Of a stretch of DNA of 64,000 bases, positions 20,675 through 33,326 are shown piece after piece. Made by a program: the position numbers and the translations under genes. The stretch is from Escherichia coli (lineage in GTDB: Bacteria > Pseudomonadota > Gammaproteobacteria > Enterobacterales > Enterobacteriaceae): assembly GCF_050920415.1 (NCBI RefSeq), contig NZ_CP169309.1. The stretch is one strand, 5' to 3'. The first letter of the stretch is position 1; each line of letters opens with the position of its first letter. A model generated the notes under the pieces. It saw nothing but the letters and a program-made list of their open reading frames with translations. It was not told where the DNA came from and did no database searches.

Positions 20675-20842
20675 CGTGGTTTCCTTGCCAAAAAATAATA
20701 AGCCTGCTTACTTTACGCTTGCTGCAGGAAGGAAGTAGAAAATCTTTACGTTTTTTGCATAAAAAATCAGGCGAACTGTCATCAAACTGCCATTTGTACA
20801 CGCTATCAATAACGTGAAAACAGTTATCTCCCGGGGCATACC

Positions 20843-20947
20843 ATGAACGATCAAATGTTCGTTGAGACACTGATTATCACGTCATCGTTTTTTGTTATTG
20901 CTGTTGTGCTGGTTTTGTCCGTTCTGCTTATTGAACGGACAGGCTAG
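20843..20947 (+). CDS. yoaI: Small membrane protein YoaI (34 aa)
   Basis: Hand translation gives [37 protein letters not shown] at 20945-20947. Absent from the ORF track. Confidence 0.75.
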   Translation: MNDQMFVETLIITSSFFVIAVVLVLSVLLIERTG

Positions 20948-21451
20948 TTACGCAGTGCGGCGGAAATTGACCAGTTCTGGTTGCGCAATGCGCAAATAAT
21001 CCGCAGTTTTCAAAATAACGGATTTATTCAGCATGCCTGCATTAAAGGCGATTTCATCGAATCGCTCGAAGAGCAATGGGTCGGCGACCAGTTTGAGTTT
21101 TGGATGGAAGCTGAAAGGGGGGATCGCGCCGAAGACACAGCCTGTGAGTTCATCGACTTCCGCCGGGCTGGCCAACGAAGCGCGTAATCCGCCTATATGG
21201 CTGGCGAGTTGGCTCAGATCGGCCTGTTGATCGGCCGCGAGGATCGCCAGAACATGTTGATTTACACCATTGCCTTTGACTTTACATACCAGTGCCTTAG
21301 CCCCCTGGCCTAAAGCGGTGCCACGAATTTCTGACACCGCTTCACATTTACCTACCGCTTCATGGGTAACGACGCGGAAGTCAGCACCTTCTTGTGATAA
21401 TAAAGCGATTAACCGCTGATGCGTCACGCTTCCTTTAGCCATTTCAGTCAT
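20948..21451 (-). CDS. yeaK: YbaK/ProX-type aminoacyl-tRNA editing domain protein YeaK
   Basis: 167 aa with YbaK-like sequence. Confidence 0.9.
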   Translation of the reverse strand: MTEMAKGSVTHQRLIALLSQEGADFRVVTHEAVGKCEAVSEIRGTALGQGAKALVCKVKGNGVNQHVLAILAADQQADLSQLASHIGGLRASLASPAEVDELTGCVFGAIPPFSFHPKLKLVADPLLFERFDEIAFNAGMLNKSVILKTADYLRIAQPELVNFRRTA

Positions 21452-21493
21452 TTCATGCTCCTGAGATTACAAGCAAACAACCACAGAAGGTTA

Positions 21494-22984
21494 TCATGAA
21501 CGGCTGTTTTTGTTCTGCTTATTGACATATAAACGCTCATCGGAAGCTTTATATGCATCATGTAACGTATCGTTTTCTTTCATCGCGTAAATACCGGAAG
21601 AGAAGCCGATCTCTTTCTGAGGCGCGATATGTTGCAGACGTTTTTCGATACGTTCAGGCAGTTGTGCTGCAATTTGCGGCGTCGAATCGACAAGAATGAT
21701 GCAGAATTCATCGCCACCGAGTCGGATGGCATAATCACTTTTACGAATCGACTGTTTAATCGCCTGAGCTAATAACGTAATCGCTAAATCCCCCTCCTGA
21801 TGACCGAGGGTGTCATTTATTTGCTTTAACTTGTCCATGTCAATTGCAATAAACATCACCGAAGAACCGGATTGCACCAGTTTCTGCAACCGCTGCTCCA
21901 GTTCAGGGGTTAAAATTTTGCGATTATACAGTCCAGTCATCGCATCACTAATATTTTCTCGCGACACGTTTTGGTATAAACGGAAGTGCATCCGGACCAT
22001 ATTCAGCAAAATTAACGCCGTCAAAATCCAGAACAGAACGCTTTTCCACGAAGACGTGATAAAGTAAAGAATATCAATGGATAACGAGACACGAATACCG
22101 CCCGGTAAGTCATGGACGTAACTGACATACTGGAACAGATTATCTTCGCTCTGGTTGATGATAATGTCGCGCCCTGAATCTGTATCAGTTAGCGTGACAT
22201 TGAGAAAACGCCAGAGGAGAGGGCGGTCATGAGTGTAAAAGATATTCCGCAGATTGTTTTTGTTAATATCCAGCAGCACAATCCCTTTTAGCTGCCCTGC
22301 GACATATACCGGCGTCAGCAAACTCATCACGTTCTGTTTAGTACGCTGATCCTGGTAAATGCTCGATAATACGGTACGCCCGGTAAATACCTTTTCAATA
22401 TCTTTGCGATCGATGCCAATACTTCCTGACTGCAGGAAGGACCAGTTATTCATCGCAAAGTACTCAACATTAACCGGCTCATAAAAATAGACATAGCGGT
22501 CATTGAGATCGAGATAATAGTGAAATTTCTCTTCGGCCATTCCAAGACCTGAACCGTAATCATCCTGGTGGCGGTTGCCTTCCACTGCCTGATCAAAAGC
22601 GGGTAATAGTGCTGCAGCTTCCACAATTGTGTCGCAGTCAGTGGATGCGGTTTGTAGTGTGCCGCGTAAGCCCGGGTATTTATGGGCAGTCAGGTTTAAG
22701 CCATGGGTATTATTGGCAGACTCAAAAGCCTCGCAGATGGCGCGCCGCTGTTCTGGCGACACTTCCGACTGCTCAGCAGCGAGAGCGCGCATCACATGCG
22801 CGGCAATACTCTGATTCTGATACTTATCATAAAGAAAGGAGGAATCTGCTCTCTGCACGATATAGCGCAGATAGGCACTCATTGCTCTGTCGCTGGCGAC
22901 AAGTTCAAAAATAAGGAAGGAAGATGTCAGCACAATGACACTTGCGGCGATAAAATGCCGGAGCATTCTATGGTGCAATTTCAT
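21494..22984 (-). CDS. dgcJ: Diguanylate cyclase DgcJ (496 aa)
   Basis: Two TM segments flank a periplasmic sensor domain. Intact RLGGDEFCIIL motif. Start trimmed to MKLHHRMLRHF. Confidence 0.9.
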   Translation of the reverse strand: MKLHHRMLRHFIAASVIVLTSSFLIFELVASDRAMSAYLRYIVQRADSSFLYDKYQNQSIAAHVMRALAAEQSEVSPEQRRAICEAFESANNTHGLNLTAHKYPGLRGTLQTASTDCDTIVEAAALLPAFDQAVEGNRHQDDYGSGLGMAEEKFHYYLDLNDRYVYFYEPVNVEYFAMNNWSFLQSGSIGIDRKDIEKVFTGRTVLSSIYQDQRTKQNVMSLLTPVYVAGQLKGIVLLDINKNNLRNIFYTHDRPLLWRFLNVTLTDTDSGRDIIINQSEDNLFQYVSYVHDLPGGIRVSLSIDILYFITSSWKSVLFWILTALILLNMVRMHFRLYQNVSRENISDAMTGLYNRKILTPELEQRLQKLVQSGSSVMFIAIDMDKLKQINDTLGHQEGDLAITLLAQAIKQSIRKSDYAIRLGGDEFCIILVDSTPQIAAQLPERIEKRLQHIAPQKEIGFSSGIYAMKENDTLHDAYKASDERLYVNKQNKNSRS

Positions 22985-23164
22985 GATAAATGGCACTCCT
23001 TCGGTTAGTGAAACGAGAAAACCAGATAAAGTTCGATTGCGGCCTGGCACAGGGGCGCTAATTATACTCATCTCTGCGCCGCTGGGGAGGGGAAATTTAG
23101 GGGTAATAGTAATAAATTGTATGCAAAAGCCACGCAAAAAGCATGGCTCTGAATATTTTTGCAC

Positions 23165-24640
23165 TTAAATATGATGAATAATCACTTTGTTGCCCCCCTC
23201 GCTTTTCGCTTCGCGTAAGGCTTTATCTGCTTCCGTCATGACAAGCGAGATATTACGCGTGTCACCCGTTGAAAAAACCGTGCCAATACTGATGGTCATT
23301 TGTTCAGGAACATCATATCTGTTACTAAAACCGGTCAGGAGTTCGACATTTTTACGCATACGTTCCGCAATGATTTTTGCCTGGGCACTATTGAGTTCGG
23401 TAAATAGCAAGCCAAACACCTCACCCTCCAGTCGCGCTAAAATATCATCGGGGCGGATGCTTTGCTGGATAATATCGACAATTGAAACCAGCACTTTATC
23501 ACCCACACGATGTCCCCATTGGGCATTGATGCGCTTGAACTGATTAATATCAACCAGCATGACACAAAAGTCCTTAACAACAGGTCGCGACAATAATGAC
23601 TCTACGCTGTTGAAAAAGTAGCGCCGATTATAAATATTGGTCAGTACATCATGAACTGCCAGTTTGCTGGAGAGTTGCAGTTCCTGAAAAATGTTATAAA
23701 TCAGAAAAGACACAACAAACAGTTTACTGGAAACTTCAATCCCGCGACTGATATACCAGATGGTGTAATTATACTCATCCAGAGTCAGTAGAAGTAAGTT
23801 GCAGCATAGCGATGCCAGACATAATAATGCTATTAACGGCCATAGTTCGCTGGCTAATCGTGTACGCATGATAATAAAGAACAGTAAAAATGCCCACAGA
23901 CAAACCAATATTTTTGTATAGTTGATTCCCCAGGTCGCAGTATGGTTGTCCGGACAGTAATCGACGACATACAAAGAATAGTCAGCGTTATAACTGCTCA
24001 GATTGTGTGCCAGAAGGGGAAAAAATAAAAAAGGAATCAGCGCCAGCAACAGAATGCCAGTTTTTTTCTTATTGTTGTCAAGGATGTTGTCTTTCCCATA
24101 ACAAAAGAGCGCCAGCGAGGTTAAACAAATGAAACTGAGTTGGCGGAAAATATAGAAAATAGAAACATCATTCGACTTTGTCTGGATCAGTGTACTGCCG
24201 TTGATTGGTTTATGGATAATTACAATGGTTTCAACTAAATAGATAAGGCCACTTAAAAATGCAAGGCTTAAAATGAGTGTTGGTAAAATTTGTTTGTTAG
24301 TGAAATACTTCATTAACATGAAAAGAAAAATGACGGCGTTAAGGAAAAACAAAGCCACAACAACCATCAGGTAATTCATCTGTGGGATGAGTTTTACATT
24401 CGTGTTTTCGTTATATAAGGTAGTAATGCAAAATAAAATTAACGTCAGCAATAAGCTGAAAATAAAAAAGCCTTGAGCTTTTAATTTTTGTGTACCCATA
24501 GAAGCCATAAAAAGGAGAGCAATGTGAGTGCTGGATTTTATTGATGGCAGAGATATATGGTTTTGACCAGGATCAATTTTCGTTGACGATAAAAAATAAT
24601 TAAAGAATAACCCCAGGGAAATACGTGTTGACCGAATCAT
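23165..24640 (-). CDS. cdgI: Degenerate GGDEF, c-di-GMP-binding membrane protein CdgI (YeaI)
   Basis: Polytopic N-terminus. The GGDEF motif is degenerate (RLEGEVFGLLF), with an RxxD I-site (RPDD) 5 residues upstream. 491 aa. AT-rich coding sequence. Confidence 0.9.
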   Translation of the reverse strand: MIRSTRISLGLFFNYFLSSTKIDPGQNHISLPSIKSSTHIALLFMASMGTQKLKAQGFFIFSLLLTLILFCITTLYNENTNVKLIPQMNYLMVVVALFFLNAVIFLFMLMKYFTNKQILPTLILSLAFLSGLIYLVETIVIIHKPINGSTLIQTKSNDVSIFYIFRQLSFICLTSLALFCYGKDNILDNNKKKTGILLLALIPFLFFPLLAHNLSSYNADYSLYVVDYCPDNHTATWGINYTKILVCLWAFLLFFIIMRTRLASELWPLIALLCLASLCCNLLLLTLDEYNYTIWYISRGIEVSSKLFVVSFLIYNIFQELQLSSKLAVHDVLTNIYNRRYFFNSVESLLSRPVVKDFCVMLVDINQFKRINAQWGHRVGDKVLVSIVDIIQQSIRPDDILARLEGEVFGLLFTELNSAQAKIIAERMRKNVELLTGFSNRYDVPEQMTISIGTVFSTGDTRNISLVMTEADKALREAKSEGGNKVIIHHI

Positions 24641-24786
24641 TTTTCCGAATGATTGTTTTCTGAAACTAAATTGTGTAAAGGTTATGCTGTCATATTTAAA
24701 GCGATTGTAAGCTAATGTATGTAATAAATGAGATAATTTACAGTGAGCTAAAAATCAGCCAGGCGATAATGACCCGGCTGACAGTT

Positions 24787-26082
<1,296 letters not shown>

Positions 26083-26150
26083 CTACATTTGCCAACTGTT
26101 TGCTACGCCTGTGTTGCCGCTTCTCTGGCCCACGGTTCGCTGTCGTTGTA

Positions 26151-26175
26151 GGCCCGGTAGCATGCGTACCGGGCC
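26151..26175 (-). other. Intercistronic stem-loop between yeaG and yeaH
   Basis: 9-bp GC-rich stem GGCCCGGTA (26151-26159) / TACCGGGCC (26167-26175), 8 nt after the yeaG stop. No U tract. Confidence 0.5.
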
Positions 26176-26182
26176 ATGGTTG

Positions 26183-28117
26183 TTAAGACGATTTACGTAC
26201 GCGCAAATACCATTCGCACAGTAAACGCACCTGTTTACGGGTGTAGCCTTTTTCCATCATACGGTCGACAAAATCGTCGTGTTTCTTCTGCTCGTCGGTT
26301 GACGTTTTGGCGTTAAACGAAATAACTGGCAACAGCTCCTCGGTATTAGAGAACATTTTCTTCTCAATAACCGTGCGCAGTTTTTCATAGCTGGTCCAGT
26401 TCGGATTGCGTCCGCTGTTATTCGCTCTGGCGCGCAGTACGAAGTTGACAATCTCGTTGCGGAAATCTTTTGGATTACTGATCCCCGCCGGTTTCTCAAT
26501 TTTCTCCAGCTCAGCGTTGAGAGATTCGCGGTCAAATAGCTGCCCGGTATCCGGGTCGCGATACTCCTGATCCTGAATCCAGAAATCTGCATACGTGACA
26601 TAACGGTCAAAAATGTTTTGTCCATATTCAGAATAGGATTCAAGATACGCAGTCTGAATCTCTTTACCGATAAACTCAGCATATTTCGGAATCAAGTAAC
26701 CTTTCAGGAACTCGAGATAACGCTCAGCCTGCTCCTGAGGGAACTGCTCGCGCTCGATCTGCTGTTCCAGGACGTAGAACAGATGGACCGGGTTTGCCGC
26801 CACTTCTACATGATCGAAGTTGAACACGCGAGAGAGGATCTTAAACGCAAAACGCGTGGACAGACCGTTCATCCCTTCATCAACGCCTGCGTAGTCACGA
26901 TATTCCTGATACGACTTGGCTTTCGGATCGGTGTCTTTCAGACTTTCGCCATCATAAACCCGCATCTTCGAATAAATGCTGGAGTTTTCCGGCTCTTTCA
27001 GACGCGAAAGAATGGAAAAACGAGACAGCGTTTCCAGCGTGCCAGGTGCGCAGGGGGCGTGAGTCAGTTCACTGTGATTAAGCAATTTCTCGTAGATTTT
27101 GATCTCTTCGGAAATACGCAAGCAATATGGCACCTTCACGATATAAACACGATCGAGGAAGGCTTCGTTGTTCTTGTTATTACGGAAAGTGACCCATTCG
27201 GATTCGTTCGAATGGGCGAGAATAATCCCGTTAAACGGCAAGGCGGAGATACCTTCCGTCCCGTTGTAGTTACCTTCCTGAGTGGCGGTTAACAGGGGAT
27301 GCAGCACTTTAATCGGTGCTTTAAACATCTCGACAAACTCCATGATCCCCTGGTTGGCGCGGCATAGTGCACCGGAATATCCGTAGGCGTCTGGATCGTT
27401 CTGCGCGTAGTGTTCGAGTTTACGGATATCGACTTTCCCTACCAGCGCTGAGATGTCCTGGTTGTTCTCATCGCCAGGTTCCGTTTTGGCGATAGCAATT
27501 TGTTGCAGAATTGACGGCCAGACCTTTACCACCCGGAACTTAGTAATATCGCCACCAAATTCATGCAGGCGTTTTGCTGCCCACGGCGACATGATGGTGC
27601 CAAGATAGCGTCGAGGAATGCCATACTCTTTTTCCAGAATCTGCGCATCTTCTTGCGGATTGAAAAGACAGAACGGATGATCGTTGACCGGGCTCCGCTC
27701 ACCGTTAGCGCTTAATACATAGATCGGCACGAGCTGCATTAATGATTTCAGTCGCTCAGCAAGCGATGATTTACCCCCACCCACAGGCCCCAGCAGATAC
27801 AGGATTTGTTTCTTCTCCTCCAGCCCCTGAGCCGCGTGTTTCAGATAAGAGACAATCTGTTCAATCGCGTCTTCCATGCCGTAAAACTCTTCAAAGGCCG
27901 GGTAACGTGCAATGACCCGGTTAGAAAAGAGTCGAGAAAGTCTGGGTTCCTGGGCTGTATCGACCATGACAGGCTCACCGATAGCCATCAATAGCCGCTC
28001 AGCCGCGTTGGCATAAGCACTGCGATCTTGCCGACAAGTGGTAAGAAACTCCTGCAGTGTGAACTCTTCGTCCTTGGCAGCTTCATATCGCTGGCGATAG
28101 TGATCGAATATATTCAT
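26183..28117 (-). CDS. yeaG: PrkA-family serine protein kinase YeaG
   Basis: 644 aa. Walker A LLGPVGGGKSSL. PrkA AAA plus C-terminal domains. Confidence 0.95.
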   Translation of the reverse strand: MNIFDHYRQRYEAAKDEEFTLQEFLTTCRQDRSAYANAAERLLMAIGEPVMVDTAQEPRLSRLFSNRVIARYPAFEEFYGMEDAIEQIVSYLKHAAQGLEEKKQILYLLGPVGGGKSSLAERLKSLMQLVPIYVLSANGERSPVNDHPFCLFNPQEDAQILEKEYGIPRRYLGTIMSPWAAKRLHEFGGDITKFRVVKVWPSILQQIAIAKTEPGDENNQDISALVGKVDIRKLEHYAQNDPDAYGYSGALCRANQGIMEFVEMFKAPIKVLHPLLTATQEGNYNGTEGISALPFNGIILAHSNESEWVTFRNNKNNEAFLDRVYIVKVPYCLRISEEIKIYEKLLNHSELTHAPCAPGTLETLSRFSILSRLKEPENSSIYSKMRVYDGESLKDTDPKAKSYQEYRDYAGVDEGMNGLSTRFAFKILSRVFNFDHVEVAANPVHLFYVLEQQIEREQFPQEQAERYLEFLKGYLIPKYAEFIGKEIQTAYLESYSEYGQNIFDRYVTYADFWIQDQEYRDPDTGQLFDRESLNAELEKIEKPAGISNPKDFRNEIVNFVLRARANNSGRNPNWTSYEKLRTVIEKKMFSNTEELLPVISFNAKTSTDEQKKHDDFVDRMMEKGYTRKQVRLLCEWYLRVRKSS

Positions 28118-28220
28118 GGTATGCCGTCCTTTCGTTTTTTAGCACAGGTTAAGAGCCGTTCATATGAATAGTAGAGGCTCCCGGAAGAGGTAAACTGAAC
28201 GACGTCTCTTGCTAAAACAC

Positions 28221-28236
28221 AGCAACTCTCATGCCA
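28221..28236 (-). promoter_or_regulatory. Sigma54 (-24/-12) promoter of yeaGH
   Basis: The minus strand reads TGGCAT-GAGAG-TTGCT, with canonical GG-N10-GC spacing. It lies about 100 nt upstream of the yeaG ATG. Confidence 0.75.
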
Positions 28237-28552
28237 TTTTATCGACGATGAGAACAACGTGCCCGGTGATACACCTTCAAAATTAAGCGTAGATGGCAAA
28301 TGGAAAACTTGCCTGCACGGCTTTCTTAATTTCAATGGCATATCAACAACTCATCCATAAAATTTGCATAATTAATGTAAAGACCAGGGTCGCCAGTAAC
28401 GCGTAATTCATTTGGCTGTAAGCGTGGTGTCATCTGCGTCAGGAAAATTAAACAGTTACTTTAAAAAATGAAAACGTAAAAAGGTTGGGTTTCGATGTAT
28501 TGACGGGTAAACTTTGTCGCCCGCTAAACATTTGTTTAAGGAATGATTAATT

Positions 28553-29299
28553 GTGACCAAACTCAAACTTCTGGCACTTGGAGTGCTTATCGCAACGTCT
28601 GCAGGCGTAGCGCACGCTGAAGGTAAATTTTCCCTGGGCGCAGGCGTAGGTGTCGTTGAACACCCATATAAAGATTACGATACCGATGTTTACCCAGTAC
28701 CGGTAATCAACTATGAAGGCGATAACTTCTGGTTCCGTGGCTTAGGTGGTGGTTACTACCTGTGGAATGACGCAACGGATAAACTTTCAATTACCGCTTA
28801 CTGGTCGCCGCTTTACTTCAAAGCTAAAGACAGTGGCGATCACCAAATGCGTCACCTGGATGACCGTAAGAGCACCATGATGGCTGGTCTGTCTTATGCT
28901 CACTTTACCCAGTACGGTTACCTGCGTACCACCCTGGCTGGCGATACCCTGGATAACAGCAACGGCATCGTCTGGGATATGGCCTGGTTGTATCGTTACA
29001 CCAACGGTGGCCTGACCGTGACTCCGGGTATTGGTGTGCAGTGGAACAGCGAAAACCAGAACGAATACTATTATGGCGTATCGCGCAAAGAGTCTGCGCG
29101 CAGCGGTCTGCGTGGCTATAACCCGAACGACAGCTGGAGCCCTTACCTGGAGCTAAGTGCCAGCTACAACTTCCTCGGTGACTGGAGTGTTTACGGTACC
29201 GCGCGCTACACCCGTCTGTCTGATGAAGTTACTGACAGCCCAATGGTGGATAAATCCTGGACTGGCCTGATTTCTACCGGGATCACCTACAAATTCTGA
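28553..29299 (+). CDS. mipA: MltA-interacting outer-membrane protein MipA
   Basis: GTG start. Signal peptide ...SAGVAHA. Beta-barrel-type sequence ending in YKF. 248 aa. Confidence 0.93.
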   Translation: MTKLKLLALGVLIATSAGVAHAEGKFSLGAGVGVVEHPYKDYDTDVYPVPVINYEGDNFWFRGLGGGYYLWNDATDKLSITAYWSPLYFKAKDSGDHQMRHLDDRKSTMMAGLSYAHFTQYGYLRTTLAGDTLDNSNGIVWDMAWLYRYTNGGLTVTPGIGVQWNSENQNEYYYGVSRKESARSGLRGYNPNDSWSPYLELSASYNFLGDWSVYGTARYTRLSDEVTDSPMVDKSWTGLISTGITYKF

Positions 29300-29330
29300 T
29301 AATGCATCTTTCCAGGGCATTTTGTGCATA

Positions 29331-29356
29331 AAAACAGGGCGTAACGCCCTGTTTTG
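29331..29356 (+). terminator. Rho-independent terminator of mipA
   Basis: ACAGGGCG-TAA-CGCCCTGT followed by TTTT. Confidence 0.85.
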
Positions 29357-29388
29357 CATTACGGTGGTGCAATACCTGGGAGGAAACA

Positions 29389-30243
29389 ATGCAACAAAAA
29401 ATGATTCAATTTAGTGGCGATGTCGCACTGCCAGCCATAGGGCAGGGAACATGGTATATGGGCGAAGATGCCAGTCAGCGTAAAACAGAAGTTGCTGCAC
29501 TACGCGCGGGCATTGAACTCGGTTTAACCCTCATTGATACCGCCGAAATGTATGCCGATGGCGGTGCCGAAAAAGTGGTTGGGGAAGCATTAATCGGTCT
29601 GCGTGAGAACGTCTTTCTCGTCTCTAAAGTCTATCCGTGGAATGCTGGCGGGCAAAAAGCGATAAATGCATGCGAAGCCAGTTTACGCCGTCTCAATACT
29701 GATTATCTCGATCTCTACTTATTACACTGGTCTGGCAGTTTCGCTCTCGAAGAGACTGTCGCAGCGATGGAAAAATTGATCGCCCAGGGAAAAATCCGCC
29801 GCTGGGGCGTTTCTAACCTTGATTATGTCGATATGCAGGAACTCTGGCAGCTGCCGGGGGGAAATCAGTGTGCCACTAATCAGGTGCTTTACCATCTCGG
29901 TTCACGAGGGATTGAGTACGATTTACTTCCCTGGTGCCAGAAACAGCAGATGCCGGTGATGGCTTACAGTCCATTAGCCCAGGCCGGGCGGTTGCGCAAT
30001 GGACTGTTAAAAAATGCGGTAGTCAACGAAATTGCACATGCTCACAATATCAGTGCGGCACAAGTATTGTTGGCGTGGGTAATCAGCCATCAGGGTGTGA
30101 TGGCGATTCCAAAAGCGGCAACTGTCGCACATGTCCAACAAAATGCGGCTGTGCTTGAGGTTGAACTTTCGTCAGCGGAATTAGTTATGCTGGATAAAGC
30201 GTATCCGGCACCAAAAGGAAAAACTGCGCTGGATATGGTGTGA
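29389..30243 (+). CDS. yeaE: Aldo-keto reductase YeaE
   Basis: 284 aa with AKR motifs (IDTAEMY, LHW). Confidence 0.92.
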   Translation: MQQKMIQFSGDVALPAIGQGTWYMGEDASQRKTEVAALRAGIELGLTLIDTAEMYADGGAEKVVGEALIGLRENVFLVSKVYPWNAGGQKAINACEASLRRLNTDYLDLYLLHWSGSFALEETVAAMEKLIAQGKIRRWGVSNLDYVDMQELWQLPGGNQCATNQVLYHLGSRGIEYDLLPWCQKQQMPVMAYSPLAQAGRLRNGLLKNAVVNEIAHAHNISAAQVLLAWVISHQGVMAIPKAATVAHVQQNAAVLEVELSSAELVMLDKAYPAPKGKTALDMV

Positions 30244-30252
30244 TGTTGATAC

Positions 30253-30277
30253 GTGCCGGATGCATCGCACCCGGCAC
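30253..30277. repeat. REP-like hairpin between convergent yeaE and yeaD
   Basis: GTGCCGG (30253-30259) ... CCGGCAC (30271-30277). Confidence 0.5.
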
Positions 30278-30293
30278 ACAATATTAACGCAAA

Positions 30294-31178
30294 TTAACGT
30301 TTCGCAACGCGAATGGATTGCGCCAGATGTGCAGGTTTCTCTTTGGTGACTTTTTGCGTTTCTGAAGCGTATGCCGTTTCTACACAAACAAAGGTCTTGT
30401 AGCCATCATCCGGCATATCGCCCATGCTAACTGAAAGCGCCGGTCCTGGGTTCCAGCCTACAACGTTCAGATGATGCTGGTGGCCTACGGCGATAATACG
30501 ATTCAGCGCTTCGTCATTAATTACGCTGCAATCTTGCGGATTCAGATACACGCGATCGGTACGGTCAGGGAAGGTCTGAATACCGTCGGTCAGTACATCT
30601 TCTTTCGCGTCATTTACTTTATCAATGAAGCGATCGCCTAGTCCACTGACGCTTACCTTAGCGATATCACCCACGTTAAAGTAGGTATGCAGAGCAGAGG
30701 TAGTTTCAAATTCGCCGTGTGCTTCAAGATCGATTTCACAGGTTTTACCCACGTGGAAATGCGCTAACAGCGTAAAGTCGTGCGGCCAGAATTTTTTCGT
30801 CTCTTCGCTTTGTGTCAATTCAAAAGTCAGCGCTACACCATCAGCATCTTCACGATGTGATTTCAGCGTCCACGGCAGGTTGCGGGCAAAACCGTGCGCA
30901 GGCAGACCTTGTTGTGCAGCCGGACCAAACCACGGCCAGCAAACCGGTATGCCACCGCGAATGGCGACGCCATTTTTGAACGGTGTGTTGTTACTCAACC
31001 ACAGAACTTCTTCTTCACCCGCAGGTTTCCACGAGAGAAGGTGTGCGCCCTGTAATGCAAAAGAGGCTTTTACCTGGGGATGATCGACCACAATGAGGTC
31101 CAGTTCATCCAGTTTACGACGGGAGAGGACAGGGGAGATTTGTTCGATGACCGGAAGGGCAAAAATTTTCTTAATCAT
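30294..31178 (-). CDS. yeaD: Putative glucose-6-phosphate 1-epimerase YeaD (294 aa)
   Basis: Aldose-1-epimerase-like sequence. Start trimmed to MIKKIFALPV. Confidence 0.9.
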   Translation of the reverse strand: MIKKIFALPVIEQISPVLSRRKLDELDLIVVDHPQVKASFALQGAHLLSWKPAGEEEVLWLSNNTPFKNGVAIRGGIPVCWPWFGPAAQQGLPAHGFARNLPWTLKSHREDADGVALTFELTQSEETKKFWPHDFTLLAHFHVGKTCEIDLEAHGEFETTSALHTYFNVGDIAKVSVSGLGDRFIDKVNDAKEDVLTDGIQTFPDRTDRVYLNPQDCSVINDEALNRIIAVGHQHHLNVVGWNPGPALSVSMGDMPDDGYKTFVCVETAYASETQKVTKEKPAHLAQSIRVAKR

Positions 31179-31210
31179 GACGCAGTCCTTTAACTTCATT
31201 TTATCAGGTA

Positions 31211-31240
31211 AAAAAAAGAGCGACCGAAGTCGCTCTTTTT
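31211..31240 (-). terminator. Rho-independent terminator of gapA
   Basis: AGAGCGAC-CGAA-GTCGCTCT flanked by an A7 and a T5 run, so it could act in both directions. Confidence 0.85.
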
Positions 31241-31261
31241 AGATCACAGAGTCATCTCAAC

Positions 31262-32269
<1,008 letters not shown>

Positions 32270-32598
32270 CTATTTGTTAGTGAATAAAAGGTTGCCTGTA
32301 AAATTACAAAAACCTTACGCAGCGTCAAGCGGAATCGTGTCAATCATTGCGACAAATCAATCCTGTGCCTAAGCATTACGCGACTGACTCGCCTCACTCT
32401 TCCTTTGGGCTTGAGACCACATGGGGTCGGCGCCCCGAATTTTAAAGGGCAATTACGATAAAAATGTGATTTTCATCACGATTTAGGTGCAGCCATTTCG
32501 TCGAGATCAAGTTTAGGACAAAATTTTGCCAGTTGGTGTTAATGTTTTGTTAGAATCAGTCGCGTAATGTGAGCACGATTAAAGTGAGATGTGAGCAA

Positions 32599-33012
32599 AT
32601 GGCTAATAAACCTTCGGCAGAAGAACTGAAAAAAAATTTGTCCGAGATGCAGTTCTACGTGACGCAGAATCATGGGACAGAGCCGCCATTTACGGGTCGT
32701 TTACTGCATAACAAGCGTGACGGCGTATATCACTGTTTGATCTGCGATGCCCCGCTGTTTCATTCCCAAACCAAGTATGATTCCGGCTGTGGCTGGCCCA
32801 GTTTCTACGAACCGGTGAGTGAAGAATCCATTCGTTATATCAAAGACTTGTCACATGGAATGCAGCGCATAGAAATTCGTTGCGGTAACTGTGATGCCCA
32901 TCTGGGGCATGTCTTCCCCGACGGGCCGCAGCCAACGGGTGAACGTTATTGTGTTAACTCAGCCTCTTTACGCTTTACCGATGGCGAAAACGGCGAAGAA
33001 ATCAACGGTTGA
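32599..33012 (+). CDS. msrB: Methionine-(R)-sulfoxide reductase MsrB (137 aa)
   Basis: Two CxxC pairs ([17 protein letters not shown]) and GCGWPSF. Start trimmed to [10 protein letters not shown]. Confidence 0.95.
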
Positions 33013-33053
33013 AAAAACGATTCAGCAACTTATTCCACAGGAGCGGAAAAATT

Positions 33054-33326
33054 ATGAATCTTGATGACATTATCAACAGCATGACGCCTGAGGTATACCA
33101 GCGTTTGTCGACTGCTGTTGAACTGGGAAAATGGCCCGATGGCGTTGCGCTGACCGAGGAACAAAAAGAGAACTGCCTACAGCTGGTGATGCTGTGGCAA
33201 GCCCGCCATAATACCGAAGCTCAGCATATGACAATTGACACACATGGTCAGATGGTCATGAAGAGCAAACAGCAGTTAAAAGAAGATTTTGGTATCTCAG
33301 CAAAGCCTATTGCCATGTTTAAGTAA
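33054..33326 (+). CDS. yeaC: DUF1315 protein YeaC (90 aa)
   Basis: Start trimmed to MNLDDIINSM. Confidence 0.85.
   Translation: MNLDDIINSMTPEVYQRLSTAVELGKWPDGVALTEEQKENCLQLVMLWQARHNTEAQHMTIDTHGQMVMKSKQQLKEDFGISAKPIAMFK

Noticed and set aside
26618-27292. 224-aa plus-strand ORF inside yeaG
   Set aside because: Antisense shadow ORF of the PrkA kinase gene, with no motifs.
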